Both the position numbers and the translations under genes were made by a program. A model generated the notes under the pieces. That model saw nothing but the letters and a program-made list of their open reading frames with translations. It had not been told where the DNA came from and made no database searches. This document shows, piece by piece, positions 40,387 to 50,570 of a DNA stretch of 64,000 nucleotides (its first letter is position 1; each line of letters starts with the position of its first letter). This DNA is from Bilabrum cf. latius (taxonomy: Eukaryota), in assembly GCA_965178125.1 (NCBI GenBank), contig OZ237746.1, forward strand, positions 248,001-312,000, in the 5' to 3' direction.

Positions 40387-40580
40387 TGTGTTTGGACCGT
40401 GCTGGGGTCGCCTTCGAGGTCATTAGGCGATTTGGCAGATGGAAGTCGGCATCTGCATGCGAGGTGTACTTGCGGGGCGTCAGGGAAGGCTTGCCTCCTC
40501 TGGAGCTCGGCGGCAGGAGCCTCGATTTGAACAGGCCAGTGTGGGTGCTGGCCAGCGCGCTGCGGCTGAACTTGGAGTGA
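39243..40580 (+). CDS. Ngaro tyrosine recombinase (start undefined; overlaps the pol frame)
   Basis: Frame open from 39243 to TGA 40580 with two TAGs; catalytic signature GGLRLGEL (R), LHKAD (K), HSIR (HxxR), GRWKS...VY (W, Y). Confidence 0.88.
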
Positions 40581-41565
40581 GCCACACAGCCGCAGCGTAC
40601 AAGACATGGCGGTAAGATTTGGCGGAGTAGTGCACGTGCTCTTCCCAGCCCCGGTCAGTCCGGTCAAGGGTCGCGCACAGGCACAGCTTTGTCAGGTCTT
40701 GCCATGTCTGATTGTTAACGAGACTAGGTTGCGCGTACACTCTGGCATCATGATCCTAACGCCGGATGGGGTTCGGTGTTGATGCCAGAGTGGGAGCGCG
40801 TGAACGTCTCGTTGGGTTCCGATGGCGGTTGCGACCGGGAAGGTGCGACCAAGCCAACGGATTGCTTGCGATGACGCGCATACCCTCTCTGTGTTCAGGA
40901 GAGGGGCGGAGATTGGGTAATTTTTGCCCACCCTCCCAACCCCCTCCTCCTCGGCGGAGTAGTGCACGTGCTCTTCCCAGCCCCGGTCAGTCCGGTCAAG
41001 GGTCGCGCACAGGCACAGCTTTGTCAGGTCTTGCCATGTCTGATTGTTAACGAGACTAGGTTGCGCGTACACTCTGGCATCAAGGATAGAAAGGATTTTA
41101 AGGATGAGAAAGCAAAAAGTACAAAGAATAAAATAATCATATTGTAGGAGATGTTATAGACGCTTAAATTGAATAAATTTGATTTAAGTTATACACGTAA
41201 AAATGAGAAATCCATTAAATATATAGAAATGGGTAAAAGATATGTAGAAGTAAGCGGGGCGAGATTATAGAAGCCAATAGAAACCGATAGTGAATTACAC
41301 GGGGCAATCGTAAAATTATATAAGTAGTTATTTGGAAATATCAAAACCTCCTGGAGTATGGGGAATAAAAAGGATAAAAAGGATAGAGAATTAAGAATTA
41401 AATTCACCAAGGAGAAAGAATTATTTGATGAAGTTTATAAATATTAGTATCCCGAAATGAAGGACGTATACAAGGAATCCAACGAACGATTAGATTAGAA
41501 TATTTAATACCTTTTTTATGTGTTTAAAATAACTTAAACATTATATATTTATATAATATATAGTG

Positions 41566-41868
41566 ATGAGCGATATTTAGAGTTCAAGCAATACATAGGA
41601 ACAACCAAAAATTAATTATATGTAGGAATATTACAAAACAAACAAAGACAAATGGAATAAAAAATATTTAGCTAGAGGAAATGAAAAAGTTAAATGCGAT
41701 GTGTGTGATTGTTATTATAGAAGGAAGGACAGAACGAGACACGAACGAACGAAGAAACACCAAAAAAATCTCAAAGAACCAAAAAAGGATATACTAGAGG
41801 AATATATCAAAAAACTTAATCAAACCCTGCTTAATAGCGGGATTAAACCACCGGAGATATCAATTTAA
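41566..41868 (+). CDS. Small C2H2 zinc-finger protein (100 aa)
   Basis: KCDVCDCYYRRKDRTRHERTKKH; visible only with TAG=Gln; homologous to 60487-60759. Confidence 0.8.
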
Positions 41869-41908
41869 ATTTATCTATTTATTTATTTTTTATAAATAAA
41901 AAGATTTT

Positions 41909-42430
41909 TCAACCTTTAATAACCATCCAATTAGCGGACCAATCATTAGAGGAATTACCACCCGTTAAATGAATCGTAAATCCATCGGTTCCTGCTACTA
42001 CGTGGGAAAATTCAACCGGCTCACTGGCGGGGGTGATTGTAGTAATAAAAACCAAATCACTAGAAGTCATACCCGGAACACTAGCGAATTCAGTAGCACC
42101 TCCACCACTCCAATTTACCCTTCCTTTATGCGCTACGGTGTTATTTGCTACTACTTCACCTTTTACGGTTAAATCACATTCGTGACCGTCTTCATCAAAA
42201 CTCATAACTAAACCAGCAGATGCGGTATTGGCACCGAATCGTAAAGCTTCACCCGAAGTGATGTAAGAGATACCCTTACTGTCAAGATGTAATCCTGCGT
42301 TGCTAACAACTACATCACTACTATTCACAACAGCATTTACATATAGACCACTACTATCTAATCTACCAGTTGCGACATTCTTACATTGAATAGATATATC
42401 ATTAGGTTGCGATAATCTTGCTAAGCTCAT
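41909..42430 (-). CDS. Putative virion fibre/structural protein (173 aa)
   Basis: Beta-rich; N-terminal half homologous to 54245-54736 (LRFG.N.ASAG...S..E.G..CD....G); function inferred. Confidence 0.55.
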   Translation of the reverse strand: MSLARLSQPNDISIQCKNVATGRLDSSGLYVNAVVNSSDVVVSNAGLHLDSKGISYITSGEALRFGANTASAGLVMSFDEDGHECDLTVKGEVVANNTVAHKGRVNWSGGGATEFASVPGMTSSDLVFITTITPASEPVEFSHVVAGTDGFTIHLTGGNSSNDWSANWMVIKG

Positions 42431-42483
42431 TTTTTGTATATATAAATAAGAGAAAAACTAAAACTTATATCAAACCTATAATA

Positions 42484-43191
42484 TTAAACTTTCATTAATT
42501 TTTTAGCTCTATCTACGGCGTCCATAAAGCTATCTTTTAATGTTGGTTCATTCCATAATACAAACCTAGACCAAAAAGCGGGGGATTTATAGTCTTTAAA
42601 GTCTTCATTTATTGAATGTCTTTTAATATAATTTTTCTTTTTACGGTTTGCTTCCTTCTCTCCATCTTTATTATAATATTGTATAAAGTCCATATAAGGG
42701 GTACCATCATTCTTAATTCCACCAAAATGAACAGTAAACAGAATATTATTACCTTGAACTACTTTAATCATATATTTTTTATTTGATTTAGTTGATTTAT
42801 ATAAATTAAAAACTGGTTTAGGTCTAAATGATTTCACGTGTCCGTTATTAAATTTTTCCTTCATTGCTTCCTCTATTTCTTCCGTGTCTAATTCTCCAAA
42901 GGTTAAAGGGGTCTCTTTATTTATTCTTTTAGTGGGTCTATATATATCTCCTTTTTCCTAATATCCCTTTTCTCCCTTCTAATTCTTCCAATCCTCTAAT
43001 TTCCACCTTCTTAAATTTTTCTATGCTTCATTTAATTTAATTTTATCATATGTCCCCCCTAGTTTTTTATATGATTTAAAGTATGCTAATGAACGATAAG
43101 CTGAAGGCTTTTTATACGTTCTATTTACTTTCTCAACTGCCTGACGCCATAATTTAGGACTATTAATATAACTAGGTATATTATCATTCAT
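42484..43191 (-). CDS. Fusion of a conserved virophage/NCLDV-type domain (KPSAY..RW..E.W..YRPT.RI...TP.T) with a Tlr6F-like domain (235 aa)
   Basis: With TAG=Gln extends from ATG 43191; C-terminal KKYMIKV..VHFG...YMDF...RKKNYIKRH...SPAFWSRFVLW is the Tlr6F-like pattern of PLVs/virophages. Confidence 0.7.
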
Positions 43192-43385
43192 CTATATAAT
43201 TAATAAAATGATAATTTTTTAATAGCGTGAGCCGTTTTCTTTCTATATTCTTCATAGACTCTTTTATTAGTTGGATTCTTCATTAATTTATTTTTTACCT
43301 TCTTTAATGCCTTCTTAATAGCATACTAAACAAAGATATTACTAATAATATTAATCATATATTATATAATTAATAAATATTTAAT

Positions 43386-44885
43386 TCAAAGCATTAAACC
43401 GCCTTTTTTTCCTTTCCTTGATATAATTTCTTCTTTTTCATTTACGACCATTAAATCATTCTATCCGTGGATAATTAATTTCTATCCTTCTTCATTTATC
43501 TATTCTTCTTTATATTCACCTAATTCTTTACCTACTTTAAAATTTAATCTTTTGTTAAATGTGATACTGTCGGTGTGAATTCGTATAATATGTTTAGCGT
43601 TGTTCTTATTCACTTTCTTCATCAATCGTTGTCTTCCATATGCCAGAATAAAAGGTTTCAATTTTCCCCAGCTATATTTAAAGGGTACTTTATGTTTCAA
43701 ATGATAAATAAATTCTCCGTCATTATCCATTTCTACACGGTCAATATCAAATTTATCTATATTTATTTTTTTATCATCTTTTGATGTAATTGTCTTTTTA
43801 GAGGAACTACATAATTTACCCCATAATGAATTTAATATTTCTTTTGCTAGATATGATTTGCTTTTTAATTTGTAGAACATTGAGACATAGGATTTAAAAA
43901 GTGTTTCACCTTTGATATATTTATCATAGGTCATAAAATTAAATTCGTCGCTTGACATCTCTATCTCACACCCATATTTAACAAACATATTCATATCAGT
44001 AAAGACATAATAAGTAAATTCATTTTCAAATACCTTCATCATTTGAAAGATATTCGGGTCGCATTTTCCACGGCTTACCTTACATTTATAAATCCCTATT
44101 TCGTTTTTATTATTAATCTATTTATTATCAATTGTTTTATAAATAGGATTTCCATATGGTAGTAGTGAATTAGATGACATAATGGCGGGGTAATGACTAT
44201 TTATATCGTAGGTGATAAACTCCTCATATTGTCCCTTCTTGTGATATTGAATCCCGCCACGCGTTGAACCTTCAATAAATACCGCTTCCTCTGGGGTTAT
44301 ATCTGGTGGGCTATCTATCATCATATTAAACATTGTAAAGAAATGAAGGGCTGTTTGTCTGATTCCATATTTCATTACATCTAATGATGGGTTCTCGTCG
44401 TGTAATTCATCACTTGCTATACTCAGCCTTAAGCTCCATTCTTTGATATCTTCATCCTCTGGGCATTCGTGAATGGTGTAATGAAGATAATATTTCTTTG
44501 AATGATAATCGGTTAGGCTCTCAACTCTATATTTATCTTTTTCAATTATTTCGGCTTTATCGGTTAATTTAACAACCATAGATTTATGGCACCGCACAAA
44601 TAAAGGTTTCATCCTCTAGACGGCTTTAAATGAACCATCTTTATATTCTAAACAAACCCTTTTAAAACTCTTTTTTTTCCTACTTAGATAATAGACCTTT
44701 ATATCGTCTTTCTCTCTAATCTCTATATCCATTTTTAAACCTGAAACAAGTTTATAAAGGTTCTTTGTAGTTATGGGCTTACCGTTAAATACCTTTTCTA
44801 GATACTTCACGGATTGAATGGGGTTATCATACTTTTTACCAAAGCATATATTTAATTGATTTAACACATTTTCGTAATTTATCAT
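43386..44885 (-). CDS. polB: Short family-B DNA polymerase (499 aa; protein-primed type likely; no recognisable exonuclease motifs)
   Basis: TRGG, YDINSHYP (motif A), KEILNSLWGKL (B), RIHTDSI (C); one frame through TAGs to TGA 43386. Confidence 0.85.
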
Positions 44886-44904
44886 TTCCTATAGTATATT
44901 ATAT

Positions 44905-45137
44905 TCGATCCGATGGCTACCGGCGCCGTTCATGTTAAATGAACGGAGCAGGAACTTTCTTCAAAAATTACCCAATCTCCGCCCCTCTCCTGAACACAGA
45001 GAGGGTATGCGCGTCATCGCAAGCAATCCGTTGGCTTGGTCGCACCTTCCCGGTCGCAACCGCCATCGGAACCCAACGAGACGTTCACGCGCTCCCACTC
45101 TGGCATCAACACCGAACCCCATCCGGCGTTAGGATCA
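44905..45137 (-). mobile_element. Inverted Ngaro remnant: repeat A plus a ~60-bp tail unlike repeat B
   Basis: 44964-45137 is the reverse complement of A2 (including GGGTAATTTTT); 44905-44963 is GC-richer than the virus and contains the hairpin CCGTTCAT-GTTAA-ATGAACGG. Confidence 0.9.
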
Positions 45138-45194
45138 AATATATTTTTAAGCCATTTTAAACACATATTATAAAGTTTAAATTATAAAATGTAA

Positions 45195-45536
45195 TTATTG
45201 TTTCGGAGCAGTGAGGATTAATATAAATCTCTTCACTTGCTCATCACTTAAGAAGGTATAGCGAGAAGAAGGACTGAATAACATTACATCATCCTTTAAT
45301 TTAAATGGTGAACCAGTTCGCCAGCCTATGGGGTAGAGAGAACTAACATACGCATCATAATTTTTTAAATGGGGCTTTTGTTTTAATAACCTCTAGATAT
45401 ATTTTTTTAATAAAGTCTTCATTTCTAAATCATTATATCCATCATCTGGACGAGGAGGGAACACGAAATTATATACGGGCTTATTGTTTTTAACAAGTTG
45501 AGTTCTAACAATTTGAATATCACTTAATTTAACCAT
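45195..45536 (-). CDS. 113-aa protein homologous to the N-terminal domain of element-2 PolB
   Basis: IVRTQLVKNNKPVYNFVF...SLYPIGWRTG versus PQRTKLRLNGKPIWSMRF...INYQDTGWRTR; lies directly upstream of polB on the same strand. Confidence 0.7.
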
Positions 45537-45628
45537 TTTTATATATATACTATAGATATTTTATTTTTAAGCCAAATACACGCGTTTAAAATGACTTAAA
45601 GATTTTATTTTATTATAATATATATAGA

Positions 45629-46174
45629 ATGTCAAAATTTGAGAGTTATGAACCAAGCGAATTAATGGAACTTTTAGAAGAGGGAGCCGTAAAGAAAGCC
45701 AAGAAATATATTAATCAATTCTTCTTTAAAACTTTTAAAGGGATATTTTTTAATAATACCGTAGAAGATAAATTTGAACTAGTGGATGAAGACGAATTAA
45801 ATGGTTTGTATCTAACCCCTGATATGAAAACCGACAGTGCCAAAAATCCATTTGTTCCATACATTTATATGTTTTCTAGTGAGCCCCCGATTTATTATAC
45901 AGGAAATTTTGAGAGTAAAGACCCCATAATGACAATTAAAAAGAAGGACAAACCCATCAAATATATTAATTTGTCATACGGTCAATTTATACCCGAGGAA
46001 GTAGAGGAACCAGAAGAAGAAGAAGAACCAATAAGACCCAAGAAAAAGACTAAGAAGAGGAATAAGAAGAAACAAAAACGTGATAATAATAGAAATGTTG
46101 ATAAACCAGATGATGAAGATGATGATGAAGAAACCTTTAGAGACCAACTAAACGAGGCATTAAAAGATTTCTAA
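45629..46174 (+). CDS. Viral hypothetical protein (181 aa) with acidic/basic tail
   Basis: Clean ORF ending in TAA, preceded by the AT-rich TATAATATATATAG motif. Confidence 0.7.
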   Translation: MSKFESYEPSELMELLEEGAVKKAKKYINQFFFKTFKGIFFNNTVEDKFELVDEDELNGLYLTPDMKTDSAKNPFVPYIYMFSSEPPIYYTGNFESKDPIMTIKKKDKPIKYINLSYGQFIPEEVEEPEEEEEPIRPKKKTKKRNKKKQKRDNNRNVDKPDDEDDDEETFRDQLNEALKDF

Positions 46175-46496
46175 ATAATTTAATATTTATACTAATATTA
46201 AATATGATATCTTTATTAATAATTGAACACCTTGACCATCTAATAAAAGGGCTAGAATATTAAAATATATATGGTTATCTCTATAATAAAATCCATACGA
46301 TGGCTATATCCACAAATTGCGTATTAGTATATGTATTATTTAGCAAAACGTGGATGGATTAGTTTTATGAAGATGATTTGATTGATATCGTATTTCTAGC
46401 CCAAAAGTTCCATCACTTTAGAAGGTTGTAATATAGCCCCTTCTAACTCCCATCATCAATATGTTAAATATTAATTTTATCATTAATATCTAATTA

Positions 46497-47048
46497 TTAT
46501 TTACCAATATGACATTTATAACAAATTGAATATTTCATATCTTTAATTCTAGACACTCCGCATTTTTTACACGCCTTTTTACCATATTTTGTAATCGTAT
46601 AACAAGACTTACAGGTTGTCCTCCAATCACTTCTAAGCATTTTACAAAGACACACATCACATCTTTTTTCATTCCTCTTTTTTTCCTCTAACTTATTCTA
46701 TTTCTTTTCTAACTCAATATGTCTTATTCCTTCACAGTGCTTATTATATCGGTCTCTTGCGACATCCTTTTTACATATTCCACACCACTTATATAAACAT
46801 TTTTTACGAATTTGATTTTCTTTATCCTTTATCATCTACTTTATACAACTAGAACCCACTTTAAAAACATATCCACTAGGGGTATGCTCTATTTCGTGCT
46901 CGGTTCGTATCTCGTGCCCACAAATACAATTACCCAATTTATCACCTTGAATAACGGTTGAGCCAATATGAATTAATTTCTTCTAAATGTCCATCCATTT
47001 TATATTACCGGTATGTTCCTATATTTGTTCAATACACTTTTTACACAT
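46497..47048 (-). CDS. Multi-zinc-finger Cys-rich protein (183 aa)
   Basis: CICGHEI...VGSSC, WCGICKKD...KHCEGIRH, then four CxxC pairs; needs TAG=Gln; ends TAA. Confidence 0.8.
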
Positions 47049-47200
47049 TCTCTATATAATATCTATATAATATAATCTTTAAGTCATTTTAAACGCGTTA
47101 TATTATAAAAAAGGGGCTTAAAAAATAGACACTATTGATATAGATGATTATATTAATTAATATTATTAAAATATTAATTAATTAGACCGGTTAAATAGTT

Positions 47201-47313
47201 CTTTGGAAAGTATGAACCTACTTTGAAAAGTATGAACCAACTTCGGAAAGTATGAACCTACTTTGAAAAGTGTGAACCAACTTCGGAAAGTATGAACCTA
47301 CTTTGGAAAGTAT
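47201..47313. repeat. Intergenic 20-bp tandem repeat, ~5.6 copies (CTTYGRAAAGTATGAACCWA)
   Basis: Directly visible; variants alternate, giving a 40-bp higher-order period. Confidence 0.95.
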
Positions 47314-47702
47314 CATTCACAGGTCATATATTTATTTAATATGTATAAATAAATAATAAAATGATTATCTTGCCTTATATAATTGAATGGGTTTCTTTTC
47401 TAATAGACAAACAGCCAAATAATGAAGTACAATGTCATCATCTCTATACTTATTCCTCGTCTAAATAATACATTTATAGGTTGAATATTTGAGATATAAT
47501 AGCTTCTCTCTACTGTCTTTTTTTAATTGATTGGTGATTTCTTTTACCTAATCACTGTTTGTAAAAATTACGGTCAAAACTCCATCAATTTCTGTCTGGA
47601 TATAGACATCGTGTGTAGGCGGTAGATTCTCAATAATTTTATTTAACTTTTCCATTTGATATATATTAGTTAGTTAATATATATTTAAGTCATTTTAAAC
47701 GT

Positions 47703-49151
47703 TTAAGATGTGCTTAAAAGGGCCTCAAGATCGTCTGTTTTCATTGCCGCACCTCCACGCATCGTAAGTTTTCCACCAAGTTTATTCAATTCTCCTCCAC
47801 TATTTCCATATCCATAATGTGCCGCCGCTTTGCCAAGAGCACTATTGTCTCCTGTTAGACTTTTGAGTGGTCCTATATTCCTAATGGTTTTCGCTAGGTT
47901 TTTAGCCTAATCACTTTTTGCCCAATCTTTAACCTTGTTCCATCCGTGTTTAAAGGCTCGTCCAATCTTAGACCAGAAACGACCTTTTCCACCCATAACA
48001 TTAGCATAATTATCTAAATCCTCAAATACAGGCTAGAAACCTTTAGAACCACTTTCAGCATCACCACGTTTAGCAAGTTCAGAAAGCACTTTAGAAGGCT
48101 CAATAAGGGCGCCAGCCTCAGTATAGACACCGTTATCATTCACAAGAACATTATCATAAAACATCCATACTTTTACCTCGTATTTATCCTCATACGCACC
48201 ATCCGCATATTTATTATAAGGGTTGAAGCACTAAAGATTAACTTTAAGATTAAATCCAGTATTTACATTAGATTGAACACCAGCAAGTGTAGCAACATCT
48301 GAAGGTTTTAAAATCATATAGCAACCAGTACCGCGGTTTCCATCACTTCCATCAATTGATGAACCATAAAAGGATGAAGGAGGAAGAGCATATCCGTTCT
48401 TTCTACTAATTCTATATAATTCGTGTGGATTATCTACAGCCCCTAATTCCTCAGCGCTTCCATTGAGTGAGAAACCTATTCTTCTAATTGGTAAAGTTCT
48501 ATTAGCCCAGTTAGGGTTATCATCACAACCAACAAGGCGGGCACATACCATAATAGCACTAGGGATACCATTCTCACGGGATAATTGATAATCAAAAGAA
48601 GTTAAAGAATTTTCAGTTGCGGATTTAGGTACAGGGACAGGCGCCTAAGACTAAAATTTAATTGTAGGCATATTATACATACAACGAGTCGGGGGGGCGT
48701 ATCCACTCTAAAATTCAACTTCATCAACAAGAAGGGTCGTATTTGTTTCTCCTATAATTGACTAACCCGTTATTTTGTTAATATCTCCGTTATCTTTTGT
48801 AAAACTAGCCTTACACAGTCTTTGAATGGCATTTACGTGATAATCTAAATCAACCTGAAGGCTTCTCACACCGGTGAAATATTTAGCATTCACATCAACA
48901 TCTGCTCCTTTTAGTGGTATAGCTTCTTGAAAATCAATAGTCCAATCAATTTGGTCTCTATTACCCGCAACGAAATCAGCACTTACAGTCGTAAAAGCAT
49001 TCCCATATGCTCCACGATAACTAAAGCTATCACCGGCACTATATCCAACATCCTAACCCCAAGCTAAAGGATTTTTAAGGGTATCACTTACTTCACGATA
49101 ATCACCAACAGTGTCAGGGCGTCCAACGGGTGAGATTGTGGATAAGGTTTG
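47703..49151 (-). pseudogene. Major capsid protein of element 1, 5' part (~130-140 codons) displaced by element 2
   Basis: ~482 codons open to TAA 47703. Collinear with MCP 56008-57774 (NPLAW/NALAS, FTGVRSL/IFGLETL, GIPSAIMVCAR/SVPSRLFVFAR, ELYRISRKNG/QLWDLSRSNG, basic Gly-rich tail). Homology stops at the G7 run at 49151. Confidence 0.85.
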
Positions 49152-49634
49152 GGGGGGACAACAGGTGGTGGTAGGTACACCAAGCGTTTAGGACGAGGGC
49201 TACGCTACGCTCGCCCCTCCTTTAAAGGCATATTTAGCAACTCAAGTGTTTCCCCTATAAACCTAAATGATTTCACAGGGGGTTCCCCAAGAACCCCTAT
49301 AGAACCCCTCTATGTACCCATTTTCAGATATAAAATTTACTCCTACGAAGTAGGGGTAAATTGAAGAATTCTAATATTTAACCCCCTTATAAACTCTAAC
49401 AGCAAAGACAGAGATGTTTTAGTAAAGTAGGAAAAAATGAAGAAATTAACCAAGTGTCCAAAATATCTCTGTGTTTGCTGTAGGAACGGAAGGATGAATT
49501 CCCAAGAGACCAAGAGACCAACCGAGGATTTCCCCAAGAGAACAAGGTATTTTATCAAGAGACCGAGGTATGTTCCCAAGCGACAAACCGATAAACCGAC
49601 CGATGAACCGACCGATGAACCGACCAAGGATTTC

Positions 49635-50570
49635 CCAAGATGCTCGGGCTTTGCCCTCCGCTCTTTTGATATCTTTTTCAAAGATTGGATTTCCCAAGGA
49701 TTTCCCAAGCGACTAAATTGTTCTCCGAAGCAACCAAACCGATTACCCAAGAGATGATACATTATAAGGAAAACGAAAACGTATTTTAAGTCCCTTTGGA
49801 AAAGTCCCCCAAAAATTGAGAGATTTTACAGGTCAATTATAAGAGACTTAGAAAAAATAAATTAAGTTCCCAAGATGCTCGGGCTTTGCCCTCCGCTCTT
49901 TTGATATCTTTTTCAAAGATTAAAATTAAATGTTGTAATTCCTATGATGCCACCATAAAAATTAAAAGGAAAATAAAAAACAAATTATAATTGTTTTCCA
50001 ATTAAAAACACAAAAATTGATTGAAAAATTTTGACAATATAGGATACAAAGAAATATTAAAATTAATTTTCCAAGATGCTCGGGCTTTGCCCTCCGCTCT
50101 TTTGATATCTTTTTCAAAGATTGGATTTCCCAAGGATTTCCCAAGCGACTAAATTGTTCTCCGAAGCAACCAAACCGATTACCCAAGAGATGATACATTA
50201 TAAGGAAAACGAAAACGTATTTTAAGTCCCTTTGGAAAAGTCCCCCAAAAATTGAGAGATTTTACAGGTCAATTATAAGAGACTTAGAAAAAATAAATTA
50301 AGTTCCCAAGATGCTCGGGCTTTGCCCTCCGCTCTTTTGATATCTTTTTCAAAGATTAAAATTAAATGTTGTAATTCCTATGATGCCACCATAAAAATTA
50401 AAAGGAAAATAAAAAACAAATTATAATTGTTTTCCAATTAAAAACACAAAAATTGATTGAAAAATTTTGACAATATAGGATACAAAGAAATATTAAAATT
50501 AATTTTCCAAGATGCTCGGGCTTTGCCCTCCGCTCTTTTGATATCTTTTTCAAAGATTGGATTTCCCAAG
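49635..50570. repeat. Subterminal 436-bp tandem duplication containing five copies of a ~52-bp core
   Basis: Core CCAAGATGCTCGGGCTTTGCCCTCCGCTCTTTTGATATCTTTTTCAAAGATT at 49635, 49870, 50071, 50306 and 50507; the two alternating spacers are themselves exactly repeated. Confidence 0.95.

Larger units (their letters stand above)
35660..41082 (+). mobile_element. Complete Ngaro-type tyrosine-recombinase retrotransposon (5423 bp) with split direct repeats A1-[ORFs]-B1-A2-B2
   Basis: GC-rich island in AT-rich virus. A1 35660-35832 = A2 40751-40922; B1 40621-40750 = B2 40953-41082; RT, RNase H and YR motifs; no target-site duplication. Confidence 0.95.
33307..41507 (+). pseudogene. Prim-Pol/PriCT-2 primase fused to SF2 (UL9/origin-binding-like) helicase, ~925 aa, disrupted by the Ngaro insertion (parts 33307-35659 and 41083-41507)
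   Basis: AIITGEINNITVFDID, TVKTAGGGYHLYF, DIRNDGAYVVAPPS; YSDWYK..EW.EWS; VKSDTGTGKTT, FLDEFNS, QQLARCRN. Removing 35660-41082 restores the frame (E-L-K-D-R-K) to TAA 41505-41507. Confidence 0.88.
31467..49150. mobile_element. Endogenous virophage-like (EMALE-like) element 1, left part; interrupted by Ngaro and by element 2
   Basis: Abrupt switch to AT-rich DNA at a C8 run (31467-31474); ~700-bp non-coding terminus; compact intronless genes including primase-helicase, PolB, Tlr6F-like and MCP. Right end and integrase are not in the window. Confidence 0.85.

Noticed and set aside
39243-40580. Tyrosine recombinase as the virophage's own integrase
   Set aside because: It lies inside the GC-rich Ngaro split repeats; no virophage integrase is visible in this window.
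47314-47655. Possible small minus-strand viral ORF starting near 47655, and another near 43200-43358
   Set aside because: Short, no motifs, and ends could not be fixed confidently by eye.
49138-49151. 14-bp match GTGGATAAGGTTTG between the insertion junction and the protease gene (minus strand, ~51090-51103)
   Set aside because: Both copies are in coding sequence and a single short match has no mechanistic support; treated as chance.
49151-49157. G7 run as the right inverted end of element 1 (matching C8 at 31467)
   Set aside because: Sequence inside the G run is MCP coding and is not the reverse complement of 31475 onward.
49635-50570. CRISPR-like array (52-bp core with spacers)
   Set aside because: Spacers are 150-185 bp and repeat exactly (436-bp duplication); no cas genes; eukaryotic viral context.
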